In this document: piece by piece, positions 1 through 10,571 of the stretch
How the letters are laid out: the number at the start of each line of letters is the position of its first letter
Numbering within the stretch: the stretch's first letter is position 1
Assembly: GCA_963701075.1 (NCBI GenBank)
Contig: OY969559.1
Coordinates: 416,001 to 480,000 of the forward strand
DNA length: 64,000 nucleotides
Origin: an uncultured Nitrososphaerota archaeon
GTDB taxonomy: Archaea > Thermoproteota > Nitrososphaeria > Nitrososphaerales > Nitrosopumilaceae
Reading direction: 5' to 3'
Position numbers and translations under genes: made by a program
Notes under the pieces: generated by a model
Database searches by the model: none
Seen by the model: only the letters and a program-made list of their open reading frames with translations
Told to the model about the DNA's origin: nothing

Positions 1-437
1 TTAGTTTCATTATTCTCTTGATAACTATTACACACAACGTATCCTAATCATGATTTCAAAAATAAAATTTTGTATTGGTGTATGTTGGCGGTCTACCAAA
101 AATGACTTTGGCCTGGAGACCTGCGCTAAACGGCAGACCGCATTTTTGTAATGATTATTTTCTATCTAAAGGTTTACTATGATTTTTTGGTTGCTTACCA
201 TTGGAATTAGTATTTTATGAAATCAATATAGATACAAGATAAACGTCTACACCACTACTAACTTTATGATAAAAAAAGTTCTAAAAGGCCTTCAGAAAAT
301 AAAAAAGAAAAAAGATGAAAAGGAGAACAAAAACGATTCTTCAAAGCAATAACATGTAGGTGTATTTCCACTATAGACACAGGATACCTCGATCACGTTT
401 TTATTTACGGATATGGCATCTTTATCAGGTTAAAAAT

Positions 438-794
438 TTGGCCACAACCACGACAAAAATAGTTAGATACAAAGTGAAGAAGAAAAAACTATCAAAACTC
501 AAAACTGCTCTTGCAGCGTTTGTAGAGGATATCAAGAAACACGAGTCTGGTATAGTCCATTACGAGGTATTCCAAGAAAAGGACGACCCTACCATATTAG
601 TACACGTGATGACATTCAAAGATAAAAAGGCCGAGACTGCGCATGCAAAGAGCGCACATGTTCAAAAATGGGTAAAAACACTGAGTTCTGTTTGCAAAGA
701 AAAGCCTGAATTCACGAATCTTAAACTCGTTGAATCGATAAAGGGCTCAGAGCCGTCCCCCGATGCTAGTACCGTTCAAGAACCTCAGCAGTAA
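438..794 (+). CDS. Antibiotic biosynthesis monooxygenase (ABM)-domain protein
   Basis: ABM-like pattern (E.G...YEVFQ...DP...VM.F.D..A...H..S.H); TTG start at 438 chosen within ORF 360..794. Confidence 0.7.
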   Translation: MATTTTKIVRYKVKKKKLSKLKTALAAFVEDIKKHESGIVHYEVFQEKDDPTILVHVMTFKDKKAETAHAKSAHVQKWVKTLSSVCKEKPEFTNLKLVESIKGSEPSPDASTVQEPQQ

Positions 795-1159
795 GTGTGG
801 GCTATTTTGATAATTTTCTGTGCAGTCTTATCTATGTCCACATCTGGTTCCATGGTTACAAGCAATACTCTTCTGCCAAGCGGAAAACTCATCATAACAG
901 CTTTTTCTCTTCTAGAGGCAGAATACATCACAGGTCCCAAGCTATAATCGAAATCTTTTCTCAAGGACGCACGTAGCACAACATCAGAGTACATCTTTTG
1001 TCGCTCAGCCTCGTCCTCAATTGGCACTATTCCATGCTTAAAACCCCCTGCCACCAGCTTTCCCATACGATCAATCAGTCCCGCAAATGTTATCTCTGGT
1101 TCTCTAAGCAATCTGACGCACTTTAGATCATACAAAAACAATTCTTGATTACGTTCCAT
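785..1159 (-). CDS. Thaumarchaeal roadblock/profilin-like protein (DUF6659-like)
   Basis: I.FAGLID.MGKLVAGG...D..LG.V.Y....REK pattern typical of this AOA family. Confidence 0.7.
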   Translation of the reverse strand: MERNQELFLYDLKCVRLLREPEITFAGLIDRMGKLVAGGFKHGIVPIEDEAERQKMYSDVVLRASLRKDFDYSLGPVMYSASRREKAVMMSFPLGRRVLLVTMEPDVDIDKTAQKIIKIAHTYC

Positions 1160-1251
1160 ACTTTACAGATAATGTTATTTGTTCATAAATCTTGAATCCA
1201 TATTTTATGGGCCTTATGTAAACTATGTATCTTAGATGTTAGTGTGTACTG

Positions 1252-1980
1252 CTAACGATGCATTACTCTGGAAAGAAATTGGTCTATTCTATGCTGCAGA
1301 TCTGTATTAATTTCTGCTATGGTTCTGCTACCGTTGATAGGTATAAGGCCATATCTTTTCTGCATTAAATGAAATTCTTGTGAAATCTTACTTTGATAAA
1401 TAAGAAACGATTCATACATGTCATTTGATAACCCTATGTCTGCTCCTGACTCGTAATGATCTAGGGACAAATTCTTTTGAAATACTCGGTGTATCAGAAC
1501 AGAGGGTTCCACATCGAGATAAAACACAAGATCAGGCTTTATAGCAAAACCATAGAGATTGTGGCACCATCTCTTATCTAGACCCCGTACCACGTTTCTT
1601 GCTATCAAGGTGTAGATGTATCTATCAGCAAGGACAATGTAGCCAGCTTGCAACGCAGGTATTATCTTGTATTCAAATTGGTCTGCAAAATCTGCAGCGT
1701 AGAATAAAGCCAGGGTCTTTCTACCAAGATCATAGTTTTGCTTTGCCTCCAAAATCCCCCTGCTTACAAGCTCTGATCTTTTCAGTCCTGTATTCAAAAC
1801 TGCATGTCCGTCAGCTTCTAATCTTGCTGTAATTTTTTCAATCTGGGTGCTTCTGCCAGAAGCATCTGGCCCTTCAATAACAATCAATCTCCCTTTGATT
1901 TCTACATCTTGAAGATGGTTTATCCCGTGCCCGTAAAATTCCACAGGTCTACCGCCTAACTCCTTTTGTTTGTGTTTCAT
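1252..1980 (-). CDS. Thymidylate-kinase-like protein with degenerate P-loop; probable regulatory subunit of family-3 polyphosphate kinase
   Basis: GPDASGRST (K to R), ADRY motif; overlaps its paralogue by 4 bp; lies in a polyP/Pst cluster. Confidence 0.7.
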   Translation of the reverse strand: MKHKQKELGGRPVEFYGHGINHLQDVEIKGRLIVIEGPDASGRSTQIEKITARLEADGHAVLNTGLKRSELVSRGILEAKQNYDLGRKTLALFYAADFADQFEYKIIPALQAGYIVLADRYIYTLIARNVVRGLDKRWCHNLYGFAIKPDLVFYLDVEPSVLIHRVFQKNLSLDHYESGADIGLSNDMYESFLIYQSKISQEFHLMQKRYGLIPINGSRTIAEINTDLQHRIDQFLSRVMHR

Positions 1981-2672
1981 GCCTGCACTCTCCTTACTTT
2001 TCTGCCTGGTGCTTGATGTGGAAGCAGCGGCATGATCATTTTTCTTACAATTTTTTGCTGCTCTTCAATGTTTAACGTGCCATCTATGATGGTAAAGCCC
2101 TCTGGCTCTGCCATGGAATCATACTGATCAATTATTCTCCCTTGGAAAATTCTATAGCTTTCATAGGGATCATTGCTCAAATTCAGATCCATTCCTGCTT
2201 CATAGTACTTTAACTTGGGACGGCCTACCAATATTCTATCAACTGCTATGTCAACTGGAACCTTAAAGTAGAAAGCCAAATCAGGCTTGATGGCAAAATC
2301 ATAAACCTTCCTGACCCAATCTGGATTGCAACCTCTTACAATATCTCTTACAAATGCAGTGTAGACATACCTGTCTGCAAGTACAAAGTATCCTGCACGA
2401 AGCAGAGGTAGAATATTTCGTTCATATCTGTCTGCAAAATCTGTTGCATGTAAAAGACTAAAAGTAGTAGGCGTGAGCAGTCCCTTTTTCTTTCCCTTTG
2501 AAGTTATTTCTTTTACCATCTCTGAAGAATTCCATTCTGACTTGAAAATATTGAGCCCTTTGTAGCTGAGCCATTTTTCTAAAAGGTGGATCTGAGTTGA
2601 CTTGCCAGAGCCATCTATTCCCTCTACAACGATAAGCTTACCTTCCATTTTCAATGGCTTTGCTATTTTCAA
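1977..2672 (-). CDS. Thymidylate-kinase-like protein with intact P-loop; probable catalytic subunit of family-3 polyphosphate kinase
   Basis: GIDGSGKST, ADRY; tandem paralogue next to sixA, ppx and CHAD. Confidence 0.72.
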   Translation of the reverse strand: MKIAKPLKMEGKLIVVEGIDGSGKSTQIHLLEKWLSYKGLNIFKSEWNSSEMVKEITSKGKKKGLLTPTTFSLLHATDFADRYERNILPLLRAGYFVLADRYVYTAFVRDIVRGCNPDWVRKVYDFAIKPDLAFYFKVPVDIAVDRILVGRPKLKYYEAGMDLNLSNDPYESYRIFQGRIIDQYDSMAEPEGFTIIDGTLNIEEQQKIVRKMIMPLLPHQAPGRKVRRVQA

Positions 2673-2935
2673 GGCGATCTAGTTAACCCCCACATCCATT
2701 TTTAGGTCTTCCATTACTTACACCCATTTTGCGTGCCACGCTCAAATTTTTTAACACTGTAGATCATGTTTGTAACTGTGATTATGACTTTGATCTATAT
2801 AGTCTTCATAGGGATATGAAAGATAAGAAATCATGATCGCATATTAGATATCCCGCTAAATTTTATCTGTACATGTGAATAAGATGGCGGAGATTTTGCA
2901 AAAGTTCCAATTACAAATGAAGATGGTAGCATAGA

Positions 2936-3433
2936 ATGGACTTGTTTATCTTAAGGCATGGGGAGGCAGGCAGAAGCTCTGCCACTAGTAGGGATGACTC
3001 TAAAAGAGCCCTAACAGTTGAAGGAGAGAAGGAAATCAAGGATATCTCAAAAGGAATCAAGGGACTGGGAATTGAATTTGATTACATCTTCACCAGTCCG
3101 TTGCTAAGAGCAAAACAAACGGCCGAGCTAGTCTCAAAAATTGTTGTACCTAAAAATCAAATTAAAGAGATAGATGAACTAAAACCTGAAGGAAATAAAC
3201 TACAACTCTACAATAAACTTTCTAATTTAAAACAAGATTCTTCAGTGCTTATTGTGGGACATGAACCATATCTGAGTGAATTGATAGGAGAGGCAATCTC
3301 TCCAGGAGAATGCAGAATTGATTTGAAAAAGGCAGGATTTGCTCGCATCAGAGTAACAAACAGCCTTCCAAAACTTAAGGGAGAATTGAGATGGCTATTT
3401 ACTCCAAAACATTTGAAGAGAATGGCTCAGTGA
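2936..3433 (+). CDS. sixA: Phosphohistidine phosphatase SixA
   Basis: RHG, SPLLRAKQTA and VGHEP motifs. Confidence 0.9.
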   Translation: MDLFILRHGEAGRSSATSRDDSKRALTVEGEKEIKDISKGIKGLGIEFDYIFTSPLLRAKQTAELVSKIVVPKNQIKEIDELKPEGNKLQLYNKLSNLKQDSSVLIVGHEPYLSELIGEAISPGECRIDLKKAGFARIRVTNSLPKLKGELRWLFTPKHLKRMAQ

Positions 3434-3537
3434 TCTATGTGCCGTATGTTTTTCATTTAGTAAAAAAATATCAATCTTATCTAGATTAATAGTGACATGA
3501 TCATATCGAAACGAGGTAATACTAACTGAAAATATCT

Positions 3538-5034
3538 GTGATTGATTTAGGATACAATTCCGCCAAGTTAGTTACGTATAATGTAAAAGATGATGACTCG
3601 TTTGACGTTTCTCAACAAGAAGGAGTCAAAGTTAAGCTTGGTGAAGGACTAGACGAAAAAGGAAAACTGGGCAAAAAGCCAATGCTTCGCGCAATTGAAA
3701 CCCTGAGATTGTTTAGAGATATAATTCAGCTACAGCCAATAAAGTCTGTTTTACCATTAGCCACAAGTGCAGTAAGGGAAGCAAGCAATAAGGATGAATT
3801 TCTTGATGAAGTTTACAGAGAAGCCGGATTTAGATTCAAAGTGCTTTCTGAAAAAGAAGAAGCTCTATACTCCTATGTGGGGGCCATCAAATCTCTTCAA
3901 ATTCCAAACGTACTATTCTTCGATATAGGAGGGGGCAGCTTGGAGATAGTCCATGCTGAGGGATTCAAGATAAGAAAGGTGATATCCCTGCCTCTGGGAG
4001 CCCTGAGATTAACACAACAATTTGATGGTGAAAACGGGGGATTTGGTGAAAAAAATTACAAAAACATGAAGCGATTCATTTGGAGCCTTCTTCCCGAGAA
4101 GAAGGAAATGGGTCTTGGTAAAGATACAAGGCTTGTCGGCGTTGGAGGCGTCTTGAGGGCATTGGCAAGATATGATCAAAAAGTCTCAAGATACCCATTG
4201 GACAAGATGCACAATTACATCATGAATTCCAAGTTTGTCAACTCTATTACCAAACAACTCTACAAGATGAAATATGATGACATTGCAGAGATCTCAGTTA
4301 TTGGTTCTAGCAGAGCCGAGACAATAGTAGCCGGCTCCTGCGTGATAGATATACTGATGGAGAAATTTGGCTTTAACAATCTATGTGTAAGCAACCATGG
4401 CCTAAGGGAAGGAGCACTTTCTATATTTCTTGAAAACCCAAAGGCATATCACTCAAAAAATATCACGGCAGAGCAAATTCGTCAAACAATAGGATCAAAG
4501 ATCTCATTTCAGCCATACCAACATACCAAGAACTTTGTTGATAGCTTGATCTCGTCAAAGCTATTGAATAAACGTGAGCTTGAAATTCTCTCATATGCAG
4601 AAAAGAAAATATCAGAAAAATTATCATTTAACAATCCACAAAGTCTGTTCTATTCCATAATGGACGAAGACATGGCAATTAGCCATGTTAACCAATTGAT
4701 TTTAGGGTTATCTCTAGTTCATACAAGACATGTAAAAACATCAGACTGGCTATTTGCAAGATACAAGCCAATTTTGTCTCAACAGGATAAAGCGACAATA
4801 AGAAAAATCTCATCATTGATTGTACTGTTACAAGTACTGGAACAGACAAAATCAAAAATAGAATTGAAACGTTACACAGATGGAATAATGGAACTGCATG
4901 TCGCGCAATCAAAACTGCTGCCAAAGATGTTGCTTAGAAACGCCTTGAATAAATTTGAAAATGCATTTGATGCACATGTGATTTGCATGTCGCGTGACAA
5001 TCAGAATATGCAGAGCTCTGTTCTGGAATTATAG
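3538..5034 (+). CDS. ppx: Exopolyphosphatase, Ppx/GppA family
   Basis: IDLGYNS, ATSAVREA, DIGGGSLE and GLREG motifs. Confidence 0.9.
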   Translation: MIDLGYNSAKLVTYNVKDDDSFDVSQQEGVKVKLGEGLDEKGKLGKKPMLRAIETLRLFRDIIQLQPIKSVLPLATSAVREASNKDEFLDEVYREAGFRFKVLSEKEEALYSYVGAIKSLQIPNVLFFDIGGGSLEIVHAEGFKIRKVISLPLGALRLTQQFDGENGGFGEKNYKNMKRFIWSLLPEKKEMGLGKDTRLVGVGGVLRALARYDQKVSRYPLDKMHNYIMNSKFVNSITKQLYKMKYDDIAEISVIGSSRAETIVAGSCVIDILMEKFGFNNLCVSNHGLREGALSIFLENPKAYHSKNITAEQIRQTIGSKISFQPYQHTKNFVDSLISSKLLNKRELEILSYAEKKISEKLSFNNPQSLFYSIMDEDMAISHVNQLILGLSLVHTRHVKTSDWLFARYKPILSQQDKATIRKISSLIVLLQVLEQTKSKIELKRYTDGIMELHVAQSKLLPKMLLRNALNKFENAFDAHVICMSRDNQNMQSSVLEL

Positions 5035-5842
5035 AATTAATTTTTTGGGATCGTCAAACCCCTCGTCCTTGAAAATCTGGACAAATCTTTGGTATTTTTC
5101 TCTCCTTTCCTGGATTTCCTCTCTTATTGTTTCTGCTAGTTCGTGGGGCCCCTTCACATCCCTTAGATAATCTAAGAACATGTCACTGTCATGAATCAAA
5201 CCCAGTTCATCCTGAATTTTTTTCAAGCTCTTAACTGACTTTAAAGAATTCATTTTGTCAGAAGTTAATTCAATTGAATAGCGCAATTTTTTGAAATCCT
5301 TTCTTAACTTGTGAATCTCTTCTACTTTTTTATCATCATTTAAAACAAGAGGAATATTGTATTCTATATCGGCAACCAGTTCTGATACAATTTTTTGAAA
5401 TCTTTTACGTAACTTTGGTTCTATGGCATCTTTTAATTTGGGCGGTGGAACACTTTTTAATTTTAAAGCTGAGCTTGTGTCCAATGCCTAGTTGTTGTTT
5501 GCGTTTGTCATTTATGGAATTTATGATCTGGCTAAATTGAGCAGAATGTTGTTTCTCTAATTTGGCACGAATTATGTCAAAGTCTCTTATTTGCGTATTA
5601 ACCTTGAATAGGGTTTTAGCTTGCTTTACATAGTTTTGTACATCCTCGCTTTTCCTGTTTTTCTTGGGCAGGATTCTGTAAACTGACTCCATTCGTCTGA
5701 TTGCTATCCTGATATCATGAATATTGTCCTCGCTTGGGTTTTCAATATAATCATCTAATTTTTTAGTAAATGTCTTGATAATTTTCTTGAATTTTTCAAG
5801 CAGTAGTTTCTTTTTGGGGTAGATTATTTGCCCTGTTTCCAT
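5029..5842 (-). CDS. CHAD-domain polyphosphate-binding protein, frameshifted near 5470
   Basis: IHDIRIAIRR and IHKLRKDFKKLRY/QDELGLIHD half-domains lie in two overlapping ORFs; span 814 nt (net +1). Confidence 0.8.
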
Positions 5843-5935
5843 AGTTTCATCTTAGATACGTCTGTAATTTGCTAATTTGAATTGTAATGATAGGAATCAA
5901 CATCCGGTCCAACTGATAACTTGTGGCATCTATCA

Positions 5936-6985
5936 CTATGAGACATTATCAGAGATTACGTCCTGCACTGTCTCGTTTATCACTGCTTCTCCAATGTCAC
6001 TAGAATATTCAGCCGTTCTGCGAATATCTTCCAAGACAAACTTTATCACACTGCTGTATTTTTTGGATTCTTCTAGGCTGTCTGTGAACTCTTTTTCTTT
6101 TTCTGCTATTCTGCGTGCATTTGACGTAACCGCATCTGCCAATGCATAATCTCTTTTGTTTAGGGCAGAAATTGAATCTTCAAAGACTTTGAGTGATTCT
6201 TCGCTAAGCTTTGTAATCTTTTGCAAAAGAGCCGGTTCTAGTGTGGATTTGAGGAACTTTACCCTGCTTGCTATTGAAACTGCATGGTCTGCAACCCTTT
6301 CTATTGATTTGACCACTATTCTATAACTGATGCAATCAGAAGGCTTCTTCAATCCAATATCGCGCAATATTCTTTCATGTTCTACGGCAAGGGTGAGATT
6401 TCGTAGTATGTACAAGCTAAAGCGGTCAACCTCATCATCCAAATGGGTGATCTCTTCTCCAAGTTCAGTGTCCATCTCCTTCAAGGCATCAATGGCTTGT
6501 CTATGCATTGTAGTTGTTAACAAAAACATGCGTTTTAGGGCATCACTTATCGAAAGTTCAGGCAAGCTTGTCAAGATTTGAATAGTTATAGACTCTGGTG
6601 TTGATTCTACAATTTCTGTACCAATCATATTTCTTCTTACAAGATCTCTTATTGCCTGTTTGTGTTCAAGTTGAATCCTTCCTCCTTTGGATTGGATCTC
6701 AATTATTTGATAACCTGCCAAGTACATTGCTATCACCTTTCGTTGAATGGATTCAACTGACTCTTTTTGACTGATGATAGTTTTTGATTTTGCTATCTTG
6801 GGTGACTGTGAGCCTCCCGTTGGTAAAATCGAAAGGGACTTGTTAACATTTTTTACAATGGAAACCGGATCGCCTGTTTTGAGATTTAACTCATCGATCC
6901 ATTTCTTAGGAAGAGAGAGCACGTAAGTAGATCCGCCTACAAGTTGTAGCTTTCGTACCTCTTTTTCATTTAGCAGCTCTGCCAC
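5936..6985 (-). CDS. Archaeal phosphate uptake regulator (AbrB + 2x PhoU)
   Basis: RKLQLVGGSTYVLSLPKKW N-terminus; DDEVDR and IERVADHA PhoU motifs. Confidence 0.9.
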   Translation of the reverse strand: MAELLNEKEVRKLQLVGGSTYVLSLPKKWIDELNLKTGDPVSIVKNVNKSLSILPTGGSQSPKIAKSKTIISQKESVESIQRKVIAMYLAGYQIIEIQSKGGRIQLEHKQAIRDLVRRNMIGTEIVESTPESITIQILTSLPELSISDALKRMFLLTTTMHRQAIDALKEMDTELGEEITHLDDEVDRFSLYILRNLTLAVEHERILRDIGLKKPSDCISYRIVVKSIERVADHAVSIASRVKFLKSTLEPALLQKITKLSEESLKVFEDSISALNKRDYALADAVTSNARRIAEKEKEFTDSLEESKKYSSVIKFVLEDIRRTAEYSSDIGEAVINETVQDVISDNVS

Positions 6986-7030
6986 GCTTTTCTCTATAAT
7001 GGATATAATTAAAGCGGTTGTGACCGCGTT

Positions 7031-7058
7031 CTATGTAGTACTATATAGATCTATATTC
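7031..7058. promoter_or_regulatory. Three 10-bp-periodic CTATATAG-like boxes between the divergent regulator and pstC (candidate Pho box)
   Basis: ctatgtagta-ctatatagat-ctatattc; same 8-mer at 2795, 10490 and 11837. Confidence 0.55.
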
Positions 7059-7119
7059 AAATATGAAACTTAAGAAATCATGGTCGAACTTCTGATATCT
7101 GTCTCAGAGATCAGACAAA

Positions 7120-8097
7120 TTGTACTTGCTAGAAACTATTAAGCTAAAAGGAGGTTCTCCTATATTTGACAAGGTTTTCAAGATTGGAGTTACCATTGCT
7201 GCCACTTACATATTGGTAATTATAGTTCTCATCGTAATTCAGTTAGTCACTAATTCATATGATATATGGGCTCAGGAAGGAATCGCGTTTCTTACCGGGT
7301 CTGATTGGAACGCTGTGGAAGGAAGTGAATCGTATGGCGCGGCACCTTATATCGTAGGCACATTTGTGACTGCCGGAATTGCCATGCTAATCGGAGTGCC
7401 GTTAAGCATAGGCATTGCAATGTTCCTGGCTGAACTTGCACCTAAGTTTATGCGTTCGATACTCTCGTTTATAGTTGAATTGTTGGCTGCTATTCCAAGT
7501 ATAATTTACGGTTTATGGGGACTGTTCGTGTTTAGGAATTACATTCTGAATTGGATTGAAACCCCACTTAACAATGCTCTTGGCGGCAGTGTATGGCTCT
7601 TCTCTGGAACTCCCTTTGGACTTGATATCTTTACTGCAAGTATAGTGCTTGCTATTATGATAATTCCGACGATAGCAGCTATTTCGCGAGAAATTATGAT
7701 TGCAGTACCACAGAGTCAGAGAGAGGCTGCATACATGTTGGGGGCTACAAAATGGGAAACATTCAAGATGGCCGTAATCCCATATTCAAAGTCCGGTCTT
7801 GTTGGTGCTGCAATACTTGGACTTGGAAGAGCTGTGGGAGAAACCATGGCTATTACACTATTAATTGGAAACGCCACCGGGGCAGGTGCATTTCCATCAT
7901 CTTTGTTCTCACCCGGTCAGACATTGTCAAGTATAATTGCAAATGAATTTCCAGAAGCCTCCAACGGAAGTCTTCACATGGCAGCACTGATTGGATGTGG
8001 ATTGATACTTTTCGCCATTGCAATAAGTATTAACATTGTTGCCCAAATTCTAGTTTCTAAAGTACTAAAAACACACCAAGGAGCAGTTTTAGCATGA
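7120..8097 (+). CDS. pstC: Phosphate ABC transporter permease PstC
   Basis: ELLAAIPSIIYGLWG, EAAYMLGATKWE, GRAVGETMA. Confidence 0.93.
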   Translation: MYLLETIKLKGGSPIFDKVFKIGVTIAATYILVIIVLIVIQLVTNSYDIWAQEGIAFLTGSDWNAVEGSESYGAAPYIVGTFVTAGIAMLIGVPLSIGIAMFLAELAPKFMRSILSFIVELLAAIPSIIYGLWGLFVFRNYILNWIETPLNNALGGSVWLFSGTPFGLDIFTASIVLAIMIIPTIAAISREIMIAVPQSQREAAYMLGATKWETFKMAVIPYSKSGLVGAAILGLGRAVGETMAITLLIGNATGAGAFPSSLFSPGQTLSSIIANEFPEASNGSLHMAALIGCGLILFAIAISINIVAQILVSKVLKTHQGAVLA

Positions 8098-9008
8098 TCA
8101 CACCAGAACAACGAGCAGAATACAGGAAACACTTTAGAAATAACTTCACAAGTAGACTGATTACCGATAGGATAGTGGTAGGAATTGTATTTGGTTGTGT
8201 TATACTGGCAATAGTTCCTCTGGGAAGCATTCTTCTTGAAATTATAAGAAACGGAGCCCCTGCATTGAGCGTAGAATTACTTACTGCTCCCCCTGGAGCA
8301 GTAGGATCAGCTGACGTTGGTGGAATCGGCCCTGCTATTCAAGGAACTTTATTGTTAATTGGCATGTCAAGCCTCATTGGAGTGCCAGTTGGGGTCTTAG
8401 GAGGAATCTTCCTTTCAGAATATGGCAACAACAAATACGGCCAGATGATAAGATTTTTCAATGATGTCTTGGCAGAATTTCCCACCATTGTAATAGGACT
8501 TTTTGCATTTGCAGTCATCGTACTTACGCTTGGTTACTTTTCTATTATTGCAGGAATGTTTGCACTTTCAGTTATAATGTTGCCAGTTATAACAAGAACA
8601 ACTGAAGAATCGCTCAAGCTTGTTCCTGTGACATATAGGGAGGCAGGATACGCACTTGGAATTCAAAGATCCGTAATAATATTTAAAATTCTGGTGACAA
8701 GTGCCAAAAGTGGATTGATAACAGGAATCATGTTATCAATAGCAAGAATAGCAGGCGAGACGGCTCCTTTGATCTTTACAATACTTGGTAACGATGACTT
8801 TTTCTCAGGCTTTGATCAACCGCTGGATGCTTTACCCCTTAGAATCTATCGACTTGCAAATCTTCCATATGACAGTGCAACAGCTCAAGCATGGGGCGGG
8901 GCATTGATTTTAATATTGATAATACTTACACTTAATGTAGGAGTAAGATATTTGTTCTTAAGAAAACGTGGAGGAGGTGGCAGATTTAGAATCACAGCAG
9001 GTGGATAA
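8094..9008 (+). CDS. pstA: Phosphate ABC transporter permease PstA
   Basis: [27 protein letters not shown]. Confidence 0.93.
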   Translation: MITPEQRAEYRKHFRNNFTSRLITDRIVVGIVFGCVILAIVPLGSILLEIIRNGAPALSVELLTAPPGAVGSADVGGIGPAIQGTLLLIGMSSLIGVPVGVLGGIFLSEYGNNKYGQMIRFFNDVLAEFPTIVIGLFAFAVIVLTLGYFSIIAGMFALSVIMLPVITRTTEESLKLVPVTYREAGYALGIQRSVIIFKILVTSAKSGLITGIMLSIARIAGETAPLIFTILGNDDFFSGFDQPLDALPLRIYRLANLPYDSATAQAWGGALILILIILTLNVGVRYLFLRKRGGGGRFRITAGG

Positions 9009-9009
9009 A

Positions 9010-9816
9010 ATGGAAACGCTAACAAGAACTCCAATCACACAGAAATCTGCAGAAGAGCCGCGATACAAGCTGATTGCAGAAGATATTGTTGCAAGCTACA
9101 ATGGTATTGAAGCTGTAAAGAAAATTAACATGAAATTCAGAGAAAAAGCGGTAACTGCATTAATAGGACCATCTGGGTGTGGGAAAACTACATTTCTTCG
9201 AACTCTTAATAGAATGCATGAATTGACAAAGAATGCCAGAGTGACAGGCAAAGTCCTATTGGACGGCCAAGATCTGTATTCTAATAAAGAAGACGCCATT
9301 ATCCACAGAAGAAAGATAGGAATGGTATTCCAAAAACCAAATCCATTTCCTACAATGTCAATTTATGATAACGTAGCTGCAGGACTAAAGCTAAACGGTG
9401 TAAAAGACAAAAAGATCATGAACGAAATAGTACAAGGGTGCCTAGAGATGGTATACCTATGGGATGAGGTAAAACATGATCTGAAAAAACCTGGAATGAG
9501 CCTCTCAGGAGGACAACAGCAACGCCTCTGCATTGCACGCGCTCTTGCCATACAACCCGAAGTTCTCTTGATGGATGAGCCTGCATCTGCACTTGATCCA
9601 ATTGCTACTCAAAAGATTGAAGAAATGATAAATGAACTGAAAAAAGAATACACCATAATTATAGTAACCCACAACATGCAACAAGCTGTGAGAGTATCTG
9701 ATTACACTGGATTCATGTATCTGGGAGATTTGGTTGAGTTTGGGGAGACCAAGCAAATCTTTGAGAATCCAAGAAACGAGATCACAGCCAAGTATGTACA
9801 GGGGCAGTTTGGCTAG
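9010..9816 (+). CDS. pstB: Phosphate ABC transporter ATPase PstB
   Basis: [36 protein letters not shown]; ATG at 9010. Confidence 0.95.
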   Translation: METLTRTPITQKSAEEPRYKLIAEDIVASYNGIEAVKKINMKFREKAVTALIGPSGCGKTTFLRTLNRMHELTKNARVTGKVLLDGQDLYSNKEDAIIHRRKIGMVFQKPNPFPTMSIYDNVAAGLKLNGVKDKKIMNEIVQGCLEMVYLWDEVKHDLKKPGMSLSGGQQQRLCIARALAIQPEVLLMDEPASALDPIATQKIEEMINELKKEYTIIIVTHNMQQAVRVSDYTGFMYLGDLVEFGETKQIFENPRNEITAKYVQGQFG

Positions 9817-10443
9817 TTGACGAGACTAATAGATCCCCATCTTGAAAAGCTCTCATTTCTGATGGAAAAGATGGGTGCATTATCTCTTAATTGCATAAAC
9901 ATGGCATTAGACTCTTACCTGCAAGGAAAAAATGTGCGCCATGAAGTACACAAGATTTCTCAAGAAATAATGAGTTTGTATGACGAGGTAGGTGACCTGA
10001 CTTTTGATATGATACTGAGATATCAACCAGTTGCAAGCGATTTTAGATTGATAAGGTCCTGCATAGAGGTCTCCTATGGTTTTACTCGATTTGGCCGTTA
10101 TGCGTATGACATTGCGGCAGTCAGAGACATGTTCGGTGATCTCTCCGAATGCAGAAACGAGGCAATCTACACGCTTTCAGGCGAGATAAAACAAATGATA
10201 AACATGGCCGTACAATGCTTTGCGACCTTGGACTTGGAAAAGACAAAACAGCTTAGAACTGATGAAGACTTGGTGGACAAGTACTACAACAAGCATCTCC
10301 CAATGCTGATTAATTCCACCAGTGTCAAGTGTGCTCTTGCTGATGCGCTAGTACTCAGATATCTGGAAAGAATAGCTGATCATGCTGCATTCATGGGCGA
10401 GTCAGTAAACTATATTGTCACAGGCCAGAGACGTTTTCAATAA
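9817..10443 (+). CDS. phoU: Phosphate transport regulator PhoU
   Basis: RYQPVASDFR, LERIADHA. Confidence 0.9.
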   Translation: MTRLIDPHLEKLSFLMEKMGALSLNCINMALDSYLQGKNVRHEVHKISQEIMSLYDEVGDLTFDMILRYQPVASDFRLIRSCIEVSYGFTRFGRYAYDIAAVRDMFGDLSECRNEAIYTLSGEIKQMINMAVQCFATLDLEKTKQLRTDEDLVDKYYNKHLPMLINSTSVKCALADALVLRYLERIADHAAFMGESVNYIVTGQRRFQ

Positions 10444-10571
10444 ACTGTTTTTTCATTGGTTTAGATCTTATTTCATATTCGTATTGTGTCTATATAGATA
10501 TGATAGCTTATAGGCAATTATGTGAACTACACCGGGCATACGTAAATAACAAATATTTTGTCATACCACAC

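Noticed and set aside
291-340. A-rich tract
   Set aside because: Low complexity; no supportable function
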